From Hypanus sabinus (lineage: Eukaryota), in assembly GCF_030144855.1 (NCBI RefSeq), contig NC_082721.1, positions 41,354,001-41,418,000 on the forward strand: a stretch of 64,000 bases of DNA, written 5' to 3'. Each line of letters begins with the position of its first letter. The first letter of the stretch is position 1. The notes below the pieces were generated by a model. That model was given only the letters and a program-made list of their open reading frames with translations, had not been told where the DNA came from and searched no databases. Shown piece after piece: positions 11,555-24,959 of this stretch. The translations under genes and the position numbers were made by a program.

Positions 11555-12392
11555 TGCGTATACTTTCCCGTGCTGTAAACACTGGACACTCCCACATGGG
11601 ATCTGAACTGCATGAGTCAGTGTGGCTAAGATAATGCAAACCACCTTCCTCTTTGTGGACTCTGTCTATACTTTCTGCTGCCTCAGTAATCAGAGACCCC
11701 AATGACCCCAGACATTCTCTTTTCTCTCCCCCCCCCCAATGAACCAGAAGATAAAATAGCCTGATAGCATATCACCTGCGTCAAGTACAGCTTCTGCCCC
11801 GCTGTTATACGACTATTGAATGGACCTCTTCTACTATAAGATGGACACTTAACCTCACACTGTGGCCTTGCACCTTATTGTGTGCCTGCCATTTCTCTGT
11901 AACTAACACTGTTTTCTACATTCTGTTATTTCTTTTCCTTTGTACGACTTCAATGCACGAATCTGGTGAAATGATCTTTATGGATTATCAAAGTGTGTTT
12001 ATGTTACCATGTACTACATTGAAGTTCATGTTCTTGCGGGCATTTACAGGGAAAAAAACTGAAATGCAATAGAATTTTGCTATATTTATATACACCTTAT
12101 AAAAACAAAGACTACAAATAGCCGATGAGTAAAAGAAGACAAACAGTGCAAATAAAAATAATATTGAGAACATCAGTTATAAGAGTCCTTGAAAGTCTGT
12201 AGGTCATAGAATCAGTTCAGAGCAGTGGGAGGTGATTGATGTTATCCATGCTGGTTCAGAAGGCTGATTCAGGACACTAACTTCCTGAACCTTACGGTGT
12301 GGGATCTAAGGCTTCCGTACCTCCTGCCCAGTGGTAGTAGTGAGAAGAGTGCATGACCAGGATGGTAGGTGTCTTTGATGATGGATGCTGCA
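11555..12392. mobile_element. Two Rex1/Babar 3' fragments tail-to-tail (+ about 11555-11985, - about 11986-12392)
   Basis: Both show the ...SIIKDP.HP..SLFS.LP.G.RY-type ORF end and the AT-rich 3' UTR, in opposite orientations. Confidence 0.6.
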
Positions 12393-13290
12393 AGATTATT
12401 TGGTCATAACTTCACCGTGTTTTATCTTACTTTGTATCAATTGGCTGCCATGTTTTGATCATGGCATGTGACCAGATTTCCATGGTATCCATTAAATCCT
12501 TGTATCCTGAGACAGTGAAGAAAATCTAAATGTTTTTAAATCTAGTTATATTTTTAAGCACCCTCCCTTCATAAATCCATCTGTGTGAACAATGCAGGAG
12601 TGCTGTGGTCAAAGGGTTGCATTAAACATCATTAGATTATTTATTGAAAAAGCTGTTCTTAGTACAGTAGTGAAAGGTGTGAGGCAGGAAATAAGCCTGG
12701 ATATTTTTCCACAGTCTTTCCCTCTTCCTAATTGTGCTCAATTGTGCTCAACCTGTGAACACTCACAATTCAAAATTGTCACTGATCAGGGATATGGCAG
12801 GCCTCAAAACCACCTTGTGACCTACTCACCAAACAGACACATCCCTAAAGGCCAAGCAAAGCCAGCTGCTCCTAGGAGAGATCTGGTTCTGGGTGATGAA
12901 GTGCACAGGAAACTCTCCGTGGCATTTCCTGAGGGGGATTACATCACAAAATAGTTGGAGCAATTTTCTAGCCAAGGCCTTGAAAGAGCTCGGGTTTCAG
13001 TTATTCTAGAGAGGAGGCAGAGAGCCAGGGAGAGAACATGAGGATTCACTGACAGGGTGGATGTGCTTCATTAATGATTAGGCCTCAGCATAATCTAGGA
13101 TTAAAGTACAGAAATCCTAGAAAGGAGTTATGGTATGAGCACCTGTTTGAATTCAGGTATTCAGTTTCCCAGTTGGGGCAGGAAGAAGTTAGATTGTACT
13201 GTGAATCAGAGGCCGTCTCTGATGCTATAACTATATTTGATTAATGAAAAATAACTTGCAAGGGTACAATTGATTAAATGTAACTTTTTA

Positions 13291-14600
13291 TGTTTATTCT
13301 TCAACAAAGACAAACTTGAATGGGTAAAAACACTAGAACTTTTATACACAGATTTACAGAATGGCTTCAGCTGGACCATATTTTACTCCAGACACTCCAG
13401 CCCACCAGGAGCATGGGTATGTCCCATTCTCCAATGACACTTCCAGTTCCAGGTGAACCGCCACATTGCACACTGGGAACTGAAGTTCTCTATTATGTAC
13501 ACACATAATAACACATTTTCCCTCTTTAAAGAAAACAAGCACAATGGTATGTTCCCATAAGCCTGCAGGATACATTAATGCTTTCCAACAAAGATATTTA
13601 TAGTAACTTCAATTGTAATAAGCAAATCCTGTCCCCTATTCACTCATCGACTCTCAATCAGTCTCTGAGGTGGTTTGATAATTCTTTTTGTTCCACAATT
13701 TGTCTCCACAAATGGATTGTTTTCACTTGCTATGTTACTATTAGTATTTTTTTGAGAACCCTGATCTACATGTTCATTTCTTTCACATCCTCCTAAGACC
13801 CTATCTCTTTGTCTTTGTTCTTATTCTTGCTGCGTGACCATAATTCACCCCATGTGCCTCATAATGAGCCCTTAACCAAATCCATGTGATCAGTGAATTG
13901 TACACAACTTCCTGATGATTCTGTCTTCATTTACAGAGTTCCTTCTGTTGGCTGTATATAATAGATAGTAGCTCCTCCTGTTGGTTTGTATTGGACTAAT
14001 GCTGTTGTTCTGACCTTGATGATTGCATGGTCTTCCTATCTTCCTTTTTACTTTTCCTCTTCAACTTCGGTGAGGGTCGTCAACTGGAAGTCTTCAACTG
14101 GAAGTTGATCAGAGCTAGATTTTGGCCCAAAGCTGCACAATGTGGAAGCAAGGCTGGCAACTTCTTCATGATCACTCTGTTTAGCACTAGCATCCTGACA
14201 GTCATGCTGGTGTAACTGGTACAGATGTCTATGGTAAGTGGAGTTCTTGTCCATCTCTTGCATAACCTCCCTGGATCTTTGAGTAAACTTCAAGGTAGTG
14301 TACTCTCTGGCCAGCAGCTTCTCTCTGTCAGAACCTAGTGTCTCTTTCTTAGTTGCTGGCAGTATTTAGTTATTTAGACCTCACACCAACTTCTGATACC
14401 ATGTTATGTTCTTTAACAAAGAATGCTGGAACTACTTTTCTTACAGATTTACAGAATGGCTACATCTCAACCGTATTTTACTCCAGACACTCTAGCCTGC
14501 CAGGTGTGCCCCATTTCCTAATGACACTTCCAGTTCCGGGTGCACTACCTGCATTGCACACTGGGAACTGAAGTCTTTATTATGTACACATATTATAACA
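13291..14600 (-). mobile_element. Miniature (internally deleted) Gypsy LTR element with two LTRs, PBS and PPT
   Basis: Direct repeats 14402-14600 and 13291-13513, both TGT...ACA. PBS TGGTATCAGAAGTTGG at 14401-14386 (14/16 match to the tRNA-Leu(CAA) 3' end). PPT AAAGAGGGAAAA precedes the 3' LTR. Integrase-tail peptide TKRIIKPPQRLIESR* lies in 13709-13644. Confidence 0.85.
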
Positions 14601-14929
14601 CATCAATATTCTGGACTGATGGATGAGGACACGACATCTGGGTATTGTACCTTACAGGAGAATTTACATGGCCTTCACAAAGTCTCTTGTTCTCTGTTTT
14701 AATTGTAGCCGACATATTGTCCCAGTTTGATGGTGCTGGGACCCTTGAAGGAAACAAGAAGAGTGTACATTGTACAGTATGTGCCTCTGTAACATTGAAA
14801 AGGAATCCTGCGGATAATTGTAGTTGGCATCGGTTTAGCAAGGAGGGACCCTCTTCCATTCTGGCTAAGCCCTCAAGTCCAATCAGTGACAGTGAATATA
14901 TTATCTACCCAATCTGTGCATCTGTCTAT

Positions 14930-15130
14930 TCTCTGGATGTGCCTATCCATCTTTGTCTAGCTAATCATCCATCTGTCTGTCTGTATGTCTCTCTCTCTCT
15001 CTCAATGTGCTTATCTATCTATACTTACTTTAATCAATCCAACTGTCTATCTCTATCTATCTAATCTTTCTTCACTGTGCAGCAGTCAAAACTATCTATT
15101 TATCTGTCTGTTTCGGTGCCTACCTAGCTC
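14930..15130. repeat. Degenerate (TCTA/TCTG/TC)n low-complexity tract
   Basis: Runs of tctgtctg, tctctc and tctatcta. Confidence 0.8.
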
Positions 15131-15189
15131 CTTGGTGGCCTGATTTCTGTCTCTCTGCCTCCACAGCTTTCTTTCAATTACTTCGTTAA

Positions 15190-16055
15190 TATATTGCTGA
15201 TGATACAACCATTGTTGGCAGGATTTCAAATAGTGATGAAAGGCATACAGGAGTGGGACATACTAGTTAGTCAAGTGGTGTCACAGCAACAACCTTGCGC
15301 ACAATGCAAGACCAAAGAGCTGATTGTGGACTTTAGGCAGGTTAAGATAAGGGAACACCGATCAGTCCTCATAGAGGGATCAGAAGTGGAGAGAGTGAGC
15401 AGCTTCAAGTTCTTGGGTATCAATATCTCTGAAGACCTAACGAGGATGCAACATATCAATGCAGCAATGAAGAAGACAAAACAGTGGCTATATTTCATTA
15501 GGAGCTTGAGGAGATTTAGTTTGTTAACTAAGACACACTCGAAAACATCTACACCTGTACTGTGGAGAGCATTCTGACCATCAGGTGTGGGGAGTGACTA
15601 CTGCATAAGAGCAAAATAAGTTGCAGAAACTTGTAAAATTAGTCAGCTGTATGGATACCAGCCTCTGTAATATCCAAGACATCTTCAAGGAGCAGTGATT
15701 TGGGAAGGCAACGTCCAACATTAAGGATCCCCAGCACCCAGGAGATGCCCTCTTCACACTGTTTCAGTTGGGAAGGAGGTACAGAAGCATAAAGGCACAC
15801 TCTCAGCAATTCAGGAACAGCTCCTTCCCCTCTGCCATCCCATTCCTAAATGGACATTGAACTCATGAACACAACCTCACTATTTTTTATTTCTGTTATT
15901 TTGCACTACTTATTTTTAACATAACTATTTAATAGATACACTTCATATAACTTGGGTTTTTTCTCTATATTTATTATGTATTTCATTGTACTGCTGGCGT
16001 ACAGGTAACGTATTTCACTTCAAATGCCGGTGATACTAAATCTGATTCTGATTAT
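15190..16055 (+). mobile_element. Rex1/Babar LINE, 5'-truncated
   Basis: KTKELIVDFRQ...VERVSSFKFLGINISEDL...LYFIRSLRRF; (CTGATT)n tail at about 16040. Confidence 0.9.
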
Positions 16056-16554
16056 GATATCTGACATCTCTTTACTCATCTGTATGTTTTCTTGTCCACT
16101 TCCATATAGAAGTTTTCAGAGCAGTTGTTGCATTCCAGGCAACCACGTGTACTAAATGAAAAAGAATGTCATGGTGTTTCTAGGTTTTGCCCTATTAGAA
16201 ATTTTCAGCAAGCCATCCTCACCAATCAAAATTGAATACAGAATGCAAGAACCCAGTTAGTCCTTACACTCATAGAGAAGATGTTGCTAGCGACCAAAAG
16301 GGGGCAAATCATAAGAGCTAGAGGTCATAACTGTGCTCCGGTCCCAAAGCCAACGATCAGTAGTACTGCAAACGGGTGACTACTGTGTGTATGACATGCT
16401 GCCTCGGAACTGCTACGTCTGTCACTCTTCAAGCAGCATAGTCTCACACATGTGAATTTCCATTCAGTCAGAGACATCTGTGGTTATACAGACATGGCTG
16501 AATAGAAGCCCCAGGTTATGAACATTGAACAACACAACAAGCTCATTTTCTGCT

Positions 16555-16722
16555 GCCATGAATGGGTTTTCCCTGAGCCATACGGGTTCATTGGTCATTG
16601 TGATTAGCTTAAGGTTAATTGAGTTTGTCGGGGTTGCTGGAGCAGCACGGCTCGAAGGGCCAGACGGGCCTACTCTGCGCTGTATCGCTAAAGAAGAAAA
16701 AATAAAAATAAATAACAATAAT
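16555..16722 (+). mobile_element. 5'-truncated V-SINE-type element with A-rich tail
   Basis: ...CGGCTCGAAGGGCCAGACGGGCCTACTCTGCGCTGTATCGCTAAA followed by (A/TAAA)n. Confidence 0.65.
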
Positions 16723-18086
16723 TAAATTTCAGACATTCTGAAATGCATTCATTCATCATTCTAATTTGTTTGGCAGATTAAATTCAAGCAGGAGCCATGA
16801 GTCTTGAATATGGCTTCAGATCTGTCGTCGTTTCAATGTCATGAAAACATTTCTGAGAAGTCTTACCACCTAGTTTGGGTTTGACAGGGGCCTGTTGATG
16901 TTCAGATCTGGTGCTGATAATTTGAAGGACTGCAATAACAGAGGAGCTTTTAGACAACAAAATCAACATGTATTTGCAATTTTACACAACTCTCTTCCCC
17001 ATCTCTCCACAGAGTCAGTGCATAGGTCTAAAGCTAAGATTGGTATATTTTTGATCTGTAAGAGTCGAAGGTTATATGTATAGGTAGGAGAGTGGACCTG
17101 AGATCAAGATCAGATCCACCATGATCCTGCTGAATGGCGAATGCCTGAAGAGTCTCATGGCTTATCTGGGCTCTTAATTTGTATGTTAATTCAAAAGGTG
17201 GAGAAGGAGGAATAAGGACTAACTCAATTGCTTTTTGACCATGAGACATATCAATGTTATAGACCAGGAAACCTGTCCTATGCTTTTTGATATAGTCACT
17301 ATTATGGGGTAGTCTGTTGTGTGTTGATAATAGCTTCCTTGTCCTGATCTTAGGGAATTGGAAGGGCAAAACCAGCTTCGTTCTTGGGCAAGATTACATT
17401 TTCTCTCACCATCTGTGACTTGGTTTGGGCAGCCTCTATTAAAGAGTAGAAACATTTCAAAGGCTTGGTCATCCAGGCTCAATACAGTACATCAATTGTG
17501 TCGGCTCATATAGATAGATCTCAGTCTACAAGAGTCAACCATTTCGGATTTAGAGGGCTTTCTATATGTCAGAGGCCTTGGTTGCTCAAATGTTAACTAT
17601 ATTCAAGGTGAAGATGAATAGATTAATGGTAAGCAGCAGTGGAAGAGGTGATTGTTCTGTTAGCTGGACCTGTGTTATTAGAACAGCTCTTACTAAATGG
17701 CAGTAAAATGCTCCTAGGGCCATACGTCTGACTCCTGCTCTGGGTTTTCATGTTCTTAAACTTTTGGGAGAAGCCATTGTTTATTCAAATTGTTATTTCA
17801 TTTATTTCCTCATTTCAAACAGGATTCTTCTGCTTTCCTGTTCTCCTTCATATTGAACAGTTTACCCTGGAGCATTTGGTGAGTTACAGATTGTAACTCA
17901 GAAGGCAGCTAATCTCGTGAGGGTGATGCTGAGGGATTGTGAGGCACTGACTGACAGAGGTGCTGGCACCAAGTGGAAGACTTCTAGGCATGAAACTTAA
18001 TGACTAGCTGTTCCATAAACCATGGTGAAAATATCTCAAGTATGTGTGCTAATTTTTTTTAAAAGCCCTCTTTCTTGTATTTAAAC

Positions 18087-19190
18087 ACAAGATTCTGCAG
18101 ATGCAACACACACAAAATCCACAAGATCCAGAGCAACACACACAAAATGCTGGAGGAATTCAGCAGGTCAGGCAGCATCTATGCAAATGAATAAACAGTT
18201 GACGTCTTGAGCCAAGACACTTCATCAGGATTGAAAAGGGAAGGCTAATGATGCCAGAATAAAAAGGTGGATGGAGGGGAAGGGGGACACCTAAATGATG
18301 AAGCCAGGTGTGTGGAGAAGGGGAGATGAAGAATGAAGCTGGGATATGATAGATGGAAAGGCAAAGAAGAAGGAATCTGAGAGAAGAGGAGAGTGGGCCA
18401 TGAGACAAAGGGATGGAGGAGGGACACTGGAGGAGGTGATAGGCAGGTGAGGAAATGAGGTAAGAGGCCAGAGTGGTAAAATGAAGAGGGAAGAGGAAGG
18501 AACAAAGTATAACTTACTAGAAGGAAAAATTGATGCTCATGCCATCGGGTTTGAGGCTACCTAGATGGAATACGAGGCGTCGCACCTCCACTCCACCTCA
18601 CAAAAAAACAGAGTATCCCGGTGGCCAATCATTTCAATTCCCATCCCCATTCCTGTTCTCACAGGTCAGTCCATGGCCTCCTCTTCTGCCATAATGAGGC
18701 CACACTGGGGGAGCAACACCTCATATTCCATCTAGGTAGCCTCCAAACAGATGGCATGAGCATTGATCTCTCCTTCTGGTAATTTATATTTTTACTGTCC
18801 TCCTTCCCTCTTCTTCTATTCTCCACACTGGACTCTTACTTCTTTTCCTCATCACCCTATCACCTCCGCCCGGTGTGCCTCCTCCTTCCTTTTTTCCTAT
18901 GGTCCACTCTCCTTTCCTATCAGATTCGCTCTCCAGTCCTTTGCCTTTTCCAGCTATCACCTTCTAGCTTCTTACTTCATCCCTCTTCCCCACACACCTA
19001 CCATCAATTATCACCTTCTAGCTTGTCCTCCTCCTCTTGCCCCCACCTTTTTATTCTAGTATCTTCCCCCTTCCTTTCCAGTCCTGATGAAGGGTCTGTT
19101 TATTCATCTCCATTGGGACTGTTTATTCATCTCCATTGATGCTGCCTGGCCTGCTGAGTTCCTCCAGAGTTTTGTGTATGTCACTCTTTA
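18087..19190. mobile_element. Penelope-like element, head-to-head inverted pair of 3' segments
   Basis: Minus-strand arm about 18087-18590 and plus-strand arm about 18600-19185. The plus arm encodes VANHFNSHPHS..SVHGLLFCHNEATL.EQHLIFHLGSLQTDGMSID (PLE GIY-YIG C-terminus). TATTTAAAC direct repeat at 18078-86 and 19191-99. Confidence 0.85.
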
Positions 19191-20534
19191 TATTTAAACT
19201 TCTTCTTAAAACTCACTGCCCTTCCTCCTACTCCTTTCCGTTTATGACCAGGCATATTACGAGATTGGCAAGTATGTTTCATATTGCTTTGTCAGGGTGA
19301 AAGCTGAATGGCAACAGGACAATGTCACACTGGCAGGCAATTCCCTTTCGGTTTCATGGAGCAGCTAGGCTTGCTCAACAAGGGTTGAAGATGGATGAAT
19401 CCATCTTCAGCCAAGATCCCCCCATGCTATCTAACAACAGAAGGTAGACGGTGGTAAGTATTTTCTGGTGCACAGGATAGGATGAGGTGATTAGACTGGA
19501 AAAACAAAGGTAGATATATTACTGGGTCCTTAGTATGAACTTGATTTGATTCCACAAAGAGTAGGGAGTCGGTATAATGGGGCTGCAGTACATTTAGAAT
19601 TGGGAGAGTCACTGGTGAACTGGTAAGACACAGAACTTCTGTTCTGATGATGCTTTTAAATCCTTCCTCACTACAACCTCAATCTCGATACTTACAATGG
19701 CCTCTCCCTAACCTCATAAAAATTCTAGGTATCTCTTAACTTGAGGAAAAGAATAGCTCCTGGTATGTTCTGTGCACAGCTGGGTCAGTGTGACATCTCT
19801 GAGCAGTTGACAGGCATTGGCTGAGTATAAAACAAACCGAGCAATCCACCAAAGAATTGAATTCATTTGCTTGTGGTTTGTTTACTTCACTCCTTTTTTG
19901 TCTTCAGCTGCCTTTCCATGAGGTCATACCCTGCGTGAGAGCTGCTTCTTTTTCAAAGAGCTGCTGCTATCAAGGTTATGCCCAAGGGCTCAATCTTAAC
20001 ACGTCTTCTGTTCGCCAGAGTAATCGCGGAGTTCAGCCGTGCTCTTTATCAGGAATTCGAAGAGCCACTAGAGTGCAAAATCCCATTAACACACGGCAGG
20101 TGCAGCCGGAAAACAGAACTCCCTTGTGGGGAGAGATAATGATTTGCTATGTGTCTGCTCCCTGTGCATGAAGACACAGGTATGGCATCAGACAACAGGG
20201 ACATCACATTCATGCACTGATTTAACCAGAGCAGATTGTATGTCAAAACTTAACCAAGGCAATAACGTTTCTCCTCTCCCATCTTATAGCCTTAAAATAT
20301 TTCAGATTTCCTCTTATTTCACTTCATTTTCAAATGAAAGCACTAATTCCACCACTTGATCCCTCTCGATGATTACAACTGTTCCATTTTAATATAGTGA
20401 TAACTTTTATTCATCCTGGTATTTTTTATTAACTTATAAAGCTGCTCTACTACTTTCTCAGACACCTCAAGGCAAGACTTAGCCCTTGAGATAACAGATA
20501 CAGGCTCTGTTTGCATGGTAGTTAAGATAGAGTC

Positions 20535-21430
20535 AAAATTCAAGATTCAAAGTACATTTATTATCCCATGCAGCATACAACCCTGAGATTTGTCTTCCCA
20601 AAGATAACCATAAAGCTAAGAAAATCGTGGAACAAAGAAAATCAACAATCTCCCCCCCCCCAACGAAAAAAAATCAGACTTTGCAAATGGCAAAAAAAGT
20701 GAGTGAGAAACACAGAATATAAAACACCAACCCACAAAGTCATCGAGAGTCCAGGTGTATTCAGTGTAGCTCAGTTCAGTTCAATCTAGCATTGTGTCAT
20801 ATGTTAACTTTAGACCTCAGATTCACCCCGCCATGATCAAAATCGCACAAAATAACAACAAAAAAAGAAGTAATCAGAAACACATCGTAATGTGAACTAC
20901 AGAGTCCAATCCACAAACCGCGTCAATCTTGCCAGGACCATGGACGCCGGCACCACTCTCCTGCACCACTGAGCAAGAGGCAGAGAAAGAGACTATTCAA
21001 ACACAGGGACCTTCCTCTGGGAGCAGCAGGCGAGAGGGAAAGAGAGGCAGTCACACACAGACATCTTCCTCCAGGATCAGTGAGTGAAAGGAAGACATTG
21101 GGGTAGATGACACTGAACAGCCACCGCCTTCTGCTCTCGCCCTTGATGATTGTCAATCTCCTTGACACTTTAATCTGCAAGATCAGTGAGAAATAGAGAC
21201 ACGAGGCCACACACTTCTCTCAAAACCCCACTGATCCCCCTTAGAGAGAGCAAAGTGCCAGATCGCTCATTTGGCTGGAACACCCCACCAAGATGTAGAT
21301 CACAGGCTCCAACAGTAGCAGGACCACATTTCAAAGAAAACGAAGATGTAAATGAAGTGTAAGAAGTAGTTTTATGAACTGCCTGAAGGATGTTGCCCTC
21401 AGTGACGTTATTCACTGGCGCCACCTTGCT
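20535..21430 (-). mobile_element. Probable non-autonomous LINE derivative (Rex-type 3' tail, no RT sequence)
   Basis: Left end AATTCAAGATTCAAAGTACATTTATTATC...CATACAACCCTGAGATT matches the Rex 3' tail; the minus strand begins CAAGGTGGCGCCAG; no RT peptide between them. Confidence 0.5.
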
Positions 21431-21494
21431 GGTCTGATGTCCAAATTCGTGCAGTATGAACTGGAGACATGAGTTTCAAACCTCTCACACTAGA

Positions 21495-22410
21495 TCAGTT
21501 CAAAAGTTCCAAGTAAATTTATTATCAAAATACATATACAAAATACAACCCAGAGATTCATTTTCTTGCAGGCATTCACAGCAAATACAAAGCCCAACAA
21601 AAAAAAACAAGCAAAGTAATCATAATAAAGAAATAGGCAATAAATATCAAGAACATGAGATGGAGAGTCCTTGACTGTGAGTCCATTGGTTGTGGGGACA
21701 GTTCAGGGTTGGGGTGAGTGAAGCTGAGTGAAGTTATCCCCTCTGGATCAAGAGCCTGATGGTTGAGGTGAAACAATTGTCCTTGAACCTGGTGGTTTTG
21801 GGTCCTGAGGCTCCTGAACCTCCTTCATGAGAGCAGCAGTGAATAAAGAGCATTGCCTGCATGATAGGGCTGTCTCATGTTGGATGCCGCCTTCCTGCAT
21901 GTAGATGTACCCAATGGTGGGAGATCTTTGTCAGTGATGGATGAGATGTAGCCACTATTTTTGTAGACTTTCCTGTTGAAGGGCATTGGTGTTTCCATAC
22001 CAGGTGTAATGCAATCAGCCAATATCTTCTCCACTGAACAAATACAGAAGTTTATCAAAGTTTCAGATGACATGCCAAATCTTTTCAAACTTACTGTATA
22101 TAAAGTTAGAGGTGCTGCTGTGTTTTCTTTGTCGTGGGATAAGTGCTGGGCCCAGGACAGGTCCTCTGAAATGGTAACACCAAGGACTTTAAAGTTGCTG
22201 ATCCCCTCCACCTCTGATTCCACAATATGGACTGACTCATGGATGTCTGGTTTCCTCCATATGAAGTCTATATTCAATTCCTTGGTCTTACTGATATGGA
22301 ATGAGATATTGTTGTGGCACCACTCAACCAGATTTTCAACTTGCCTCCCATATACTAATTCATCACCACCTTTGATCAGCCAATGAGAGTTGTGATGTCA
22401 GCAAACCTAA
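21495..22410 (-). mobile_element. Rex1/Babar LINE, 5'-truncated
   Basis: SEVEGISNFKVLGVTISEDLSWAQH (ORF 21825-22277); RT FADI motif at about 22400; tail at about 21500. Confidence 0.88.
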
Positions 22411-24089
22411 ATAGGAATGTAATTTCAATTATTTGGTAAATTGATTTATTACTGTCACATGTACCAAAGTACAGTCGGAAATTTTGCATGCCATTCATTC
22501 AGATCATTTAATTACAACAGTGCGTTGAGTAGTACAAGGGAAAATAATTAAAAATGCAGAAAAAAGAGTAACAGTTCCAAAAAAAAATGCAGTGCACACA
22601 AGCAATAAGGTGTAAGGGCCATGACAAAGTATGTTGGAAGGTCAAGATTTCTTCCTAATTTTTGAGAGGAATCTGGATGAGGAAGCCAGTGTCAGCAATT
22701 GTGACCAGGTAATAGAATATTACACATGGAAACAGGTCTTCATCCTTCTAAGCCTGCACTAGTCTTCAACCACCCTTTCATTATCCCACATTTCTATCAA
22801 CTCTCCCAGATTTTACCACTTACCCACACATTAGCAGCACCTTACAATGGCCTATTAACCCACCATACCACACATCATTAGGACGTGCAAGGAAACCCAT
22901 GCGGTCACAATAGAAAGTGTAAACCTCATGAAGACCACACCTGAGGTCAGGATTGGACCACGGTTGCTATATAGCTGCAGCAATGTATCATATATTATCA
23001 GATCAGACATATGATTCTGTATCCTTATCTAACTTGGGCCGTGTGTGACTCCATACTACTGCCATGATGAAATGGAAGAGCAGGCTCGATGGGCCAAATG
23101 GCCTAATTTTGCTCCTATGTCTTATGGTGTTATGGTCTTTGACATGAACTGCCCTGTGAACGGTAAACTATTTTGTTTGTAAATATCTTATGATGGTCAA
23201 ATGAACACCAACCTAACCAACAAAGTTCTGTGAACGAATGAGTCCGAACAGATTATTTGGCAAATCATACTCCTAAACTTAGGGCCTGGAATTCACTTTT
23301 CATCCTTTCTACCTTAAAGAACTTTGTTTCCTGGGATATTTGAAATATTTCTAACAAATCGATCTTGAGATCCCTTCAGCAGAAAGCTCGGATCCCCATT
23401 GTGGGAATGCAAGTATTGATTGGATCCTGAGTTGGATATAGGTGTGCAAGCCCAAGCTCAAATGATGCAGAGTCCTCTCCAGAGTCTCCGGAATTTGTAG
23501 TAATTACTGGAGTTACAGCCTGACTCCCAAAGCAAGACCACTCAGATCTACCTTCATCCCAAGACCACAGTTGAGATTAGTATACATATGGCATTTATCA
23601 CTATTCTGTGGACTGTTGCTTAAAGTGGCAGCCTAATATTACTTTCTCAGCTACATTGGTATTTAAACAGTTGAAAGGGAATCAGCCCGAGTTATCCCAT
23701 CATGGATGGAGCATATCCAAACCTGCTCTACTTGGAGTAGACTTGATGGGTCCCATATTGGCAGTGAAGCATCATTGTCAATCCCAAGAAGCTACCTTAG
23801 AAGAAAGGAAAAAAATGGTGAGGAGCATTTTTGATAAATATTCACTGGTGTCATGGTATGATTTCAGAGGAATAGTTCATCGCTTATGTGGTGTGGCAGA
23901 AACTAAGGATGGTGGAGATTATCTTCATGGCCTTCTTCCTGATCAGCAGTCTCTTGCTTTCTCACCATCTCCAACACTCCCTATAAACATACCAATTTGC
24001 TATCAAAATGTATTTGCACAGGCCTACCTTTCTTCCCTGTAGCCATGGTGAGACCCAGCCTAATTGTCCTTAACACAAAATGAACTTGC

Positions 24090-24365
24090 TGGGAGGACAG
24101 TAGTGAAATCGAAGGAGAGTTAAACAGGGGAGTGGAATGGGCAGGTAGAATGCAGATGTGATTCCATGTTGGGGAACATGAGGGGTTAAGATTTGGAAGA
24201 AAAATTGAGAAAAAGCAAAGTAGACTCAAGTGCACAGTTCTCGAGAGAAATTAAGGGTGTAGAGTTCACTGAAAGAAGCCGAGAAAGGATGATGTCTCCA
24301 AACATTTCCATCAGACTGAAGTACCTTTCTTCCGTTTCTGCTACAGTGGTGAATGTCTGGTGAAG
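24090..24365 (+). mobile_element. Highly decayed CR1 fragment
   Basis: EGELNRGVEWAGRMQM.FHVG...LRFGRK resembles the CR1 segment QGDLDRLGEWADTWQMTFNV..CEVIHFG seen intact at 60551-61666. Confidence 0.55.
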
Positions 24366-24959
24366 TGAGGCTGCATTCTCCACATTTCATTGTCTCTTTT
24401 AATGTTTCCAGCACTCCTGGCAAAAAGAGTTTCCCTGGATCCGTAAAGGCTCATCACATGTTATTTAGTAGTGACGAGCAAATGGATCCTGAGACAAAAG
24501 AGTGCGAGACAGAAAGCCACATTCTGCCTGGAGCAGAGCACTTAATCCCAGTGATTCAATCCATTAAGAATTTTTATCAATACTTAAATATATAAAAGGA
24601 TTAAAATTATCACCATAACCATACAGAGCAGAAGAACGTCTATGTGAGCCTGGAGCATTCCCATTTTATGGAGTTGAAAGAGTTGTTAGACTCTGAGTTA
24701 AAGAGTTGTTAGAGTTCAACAATAATGTAGAAAAACTGTAGCAGATGCCTTCATTATGTCTCTTCTCTCTGAATGTCGGTTTTCAGAACAAGATTAATTT
24801 AACCTCTCTTTCTCACGCCCAAACATCTGATCCTTCACTCTCCCCATTTACCTCATCTTCAGTTGGCCTTGGTGTGGTCAGGTAGGCTTTCAACCTACTT
24901 CAAAAGGTCGTGGTTTCGAAACCTTCTACCTTCAAGGCTGAAGGTATATAAACCAGATT

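Noticed and set aside
23608-24042. 144-aa plus-strand ORF
   Set aside because: Non-ATG start, no recognisable motif, no convincing splice signals.
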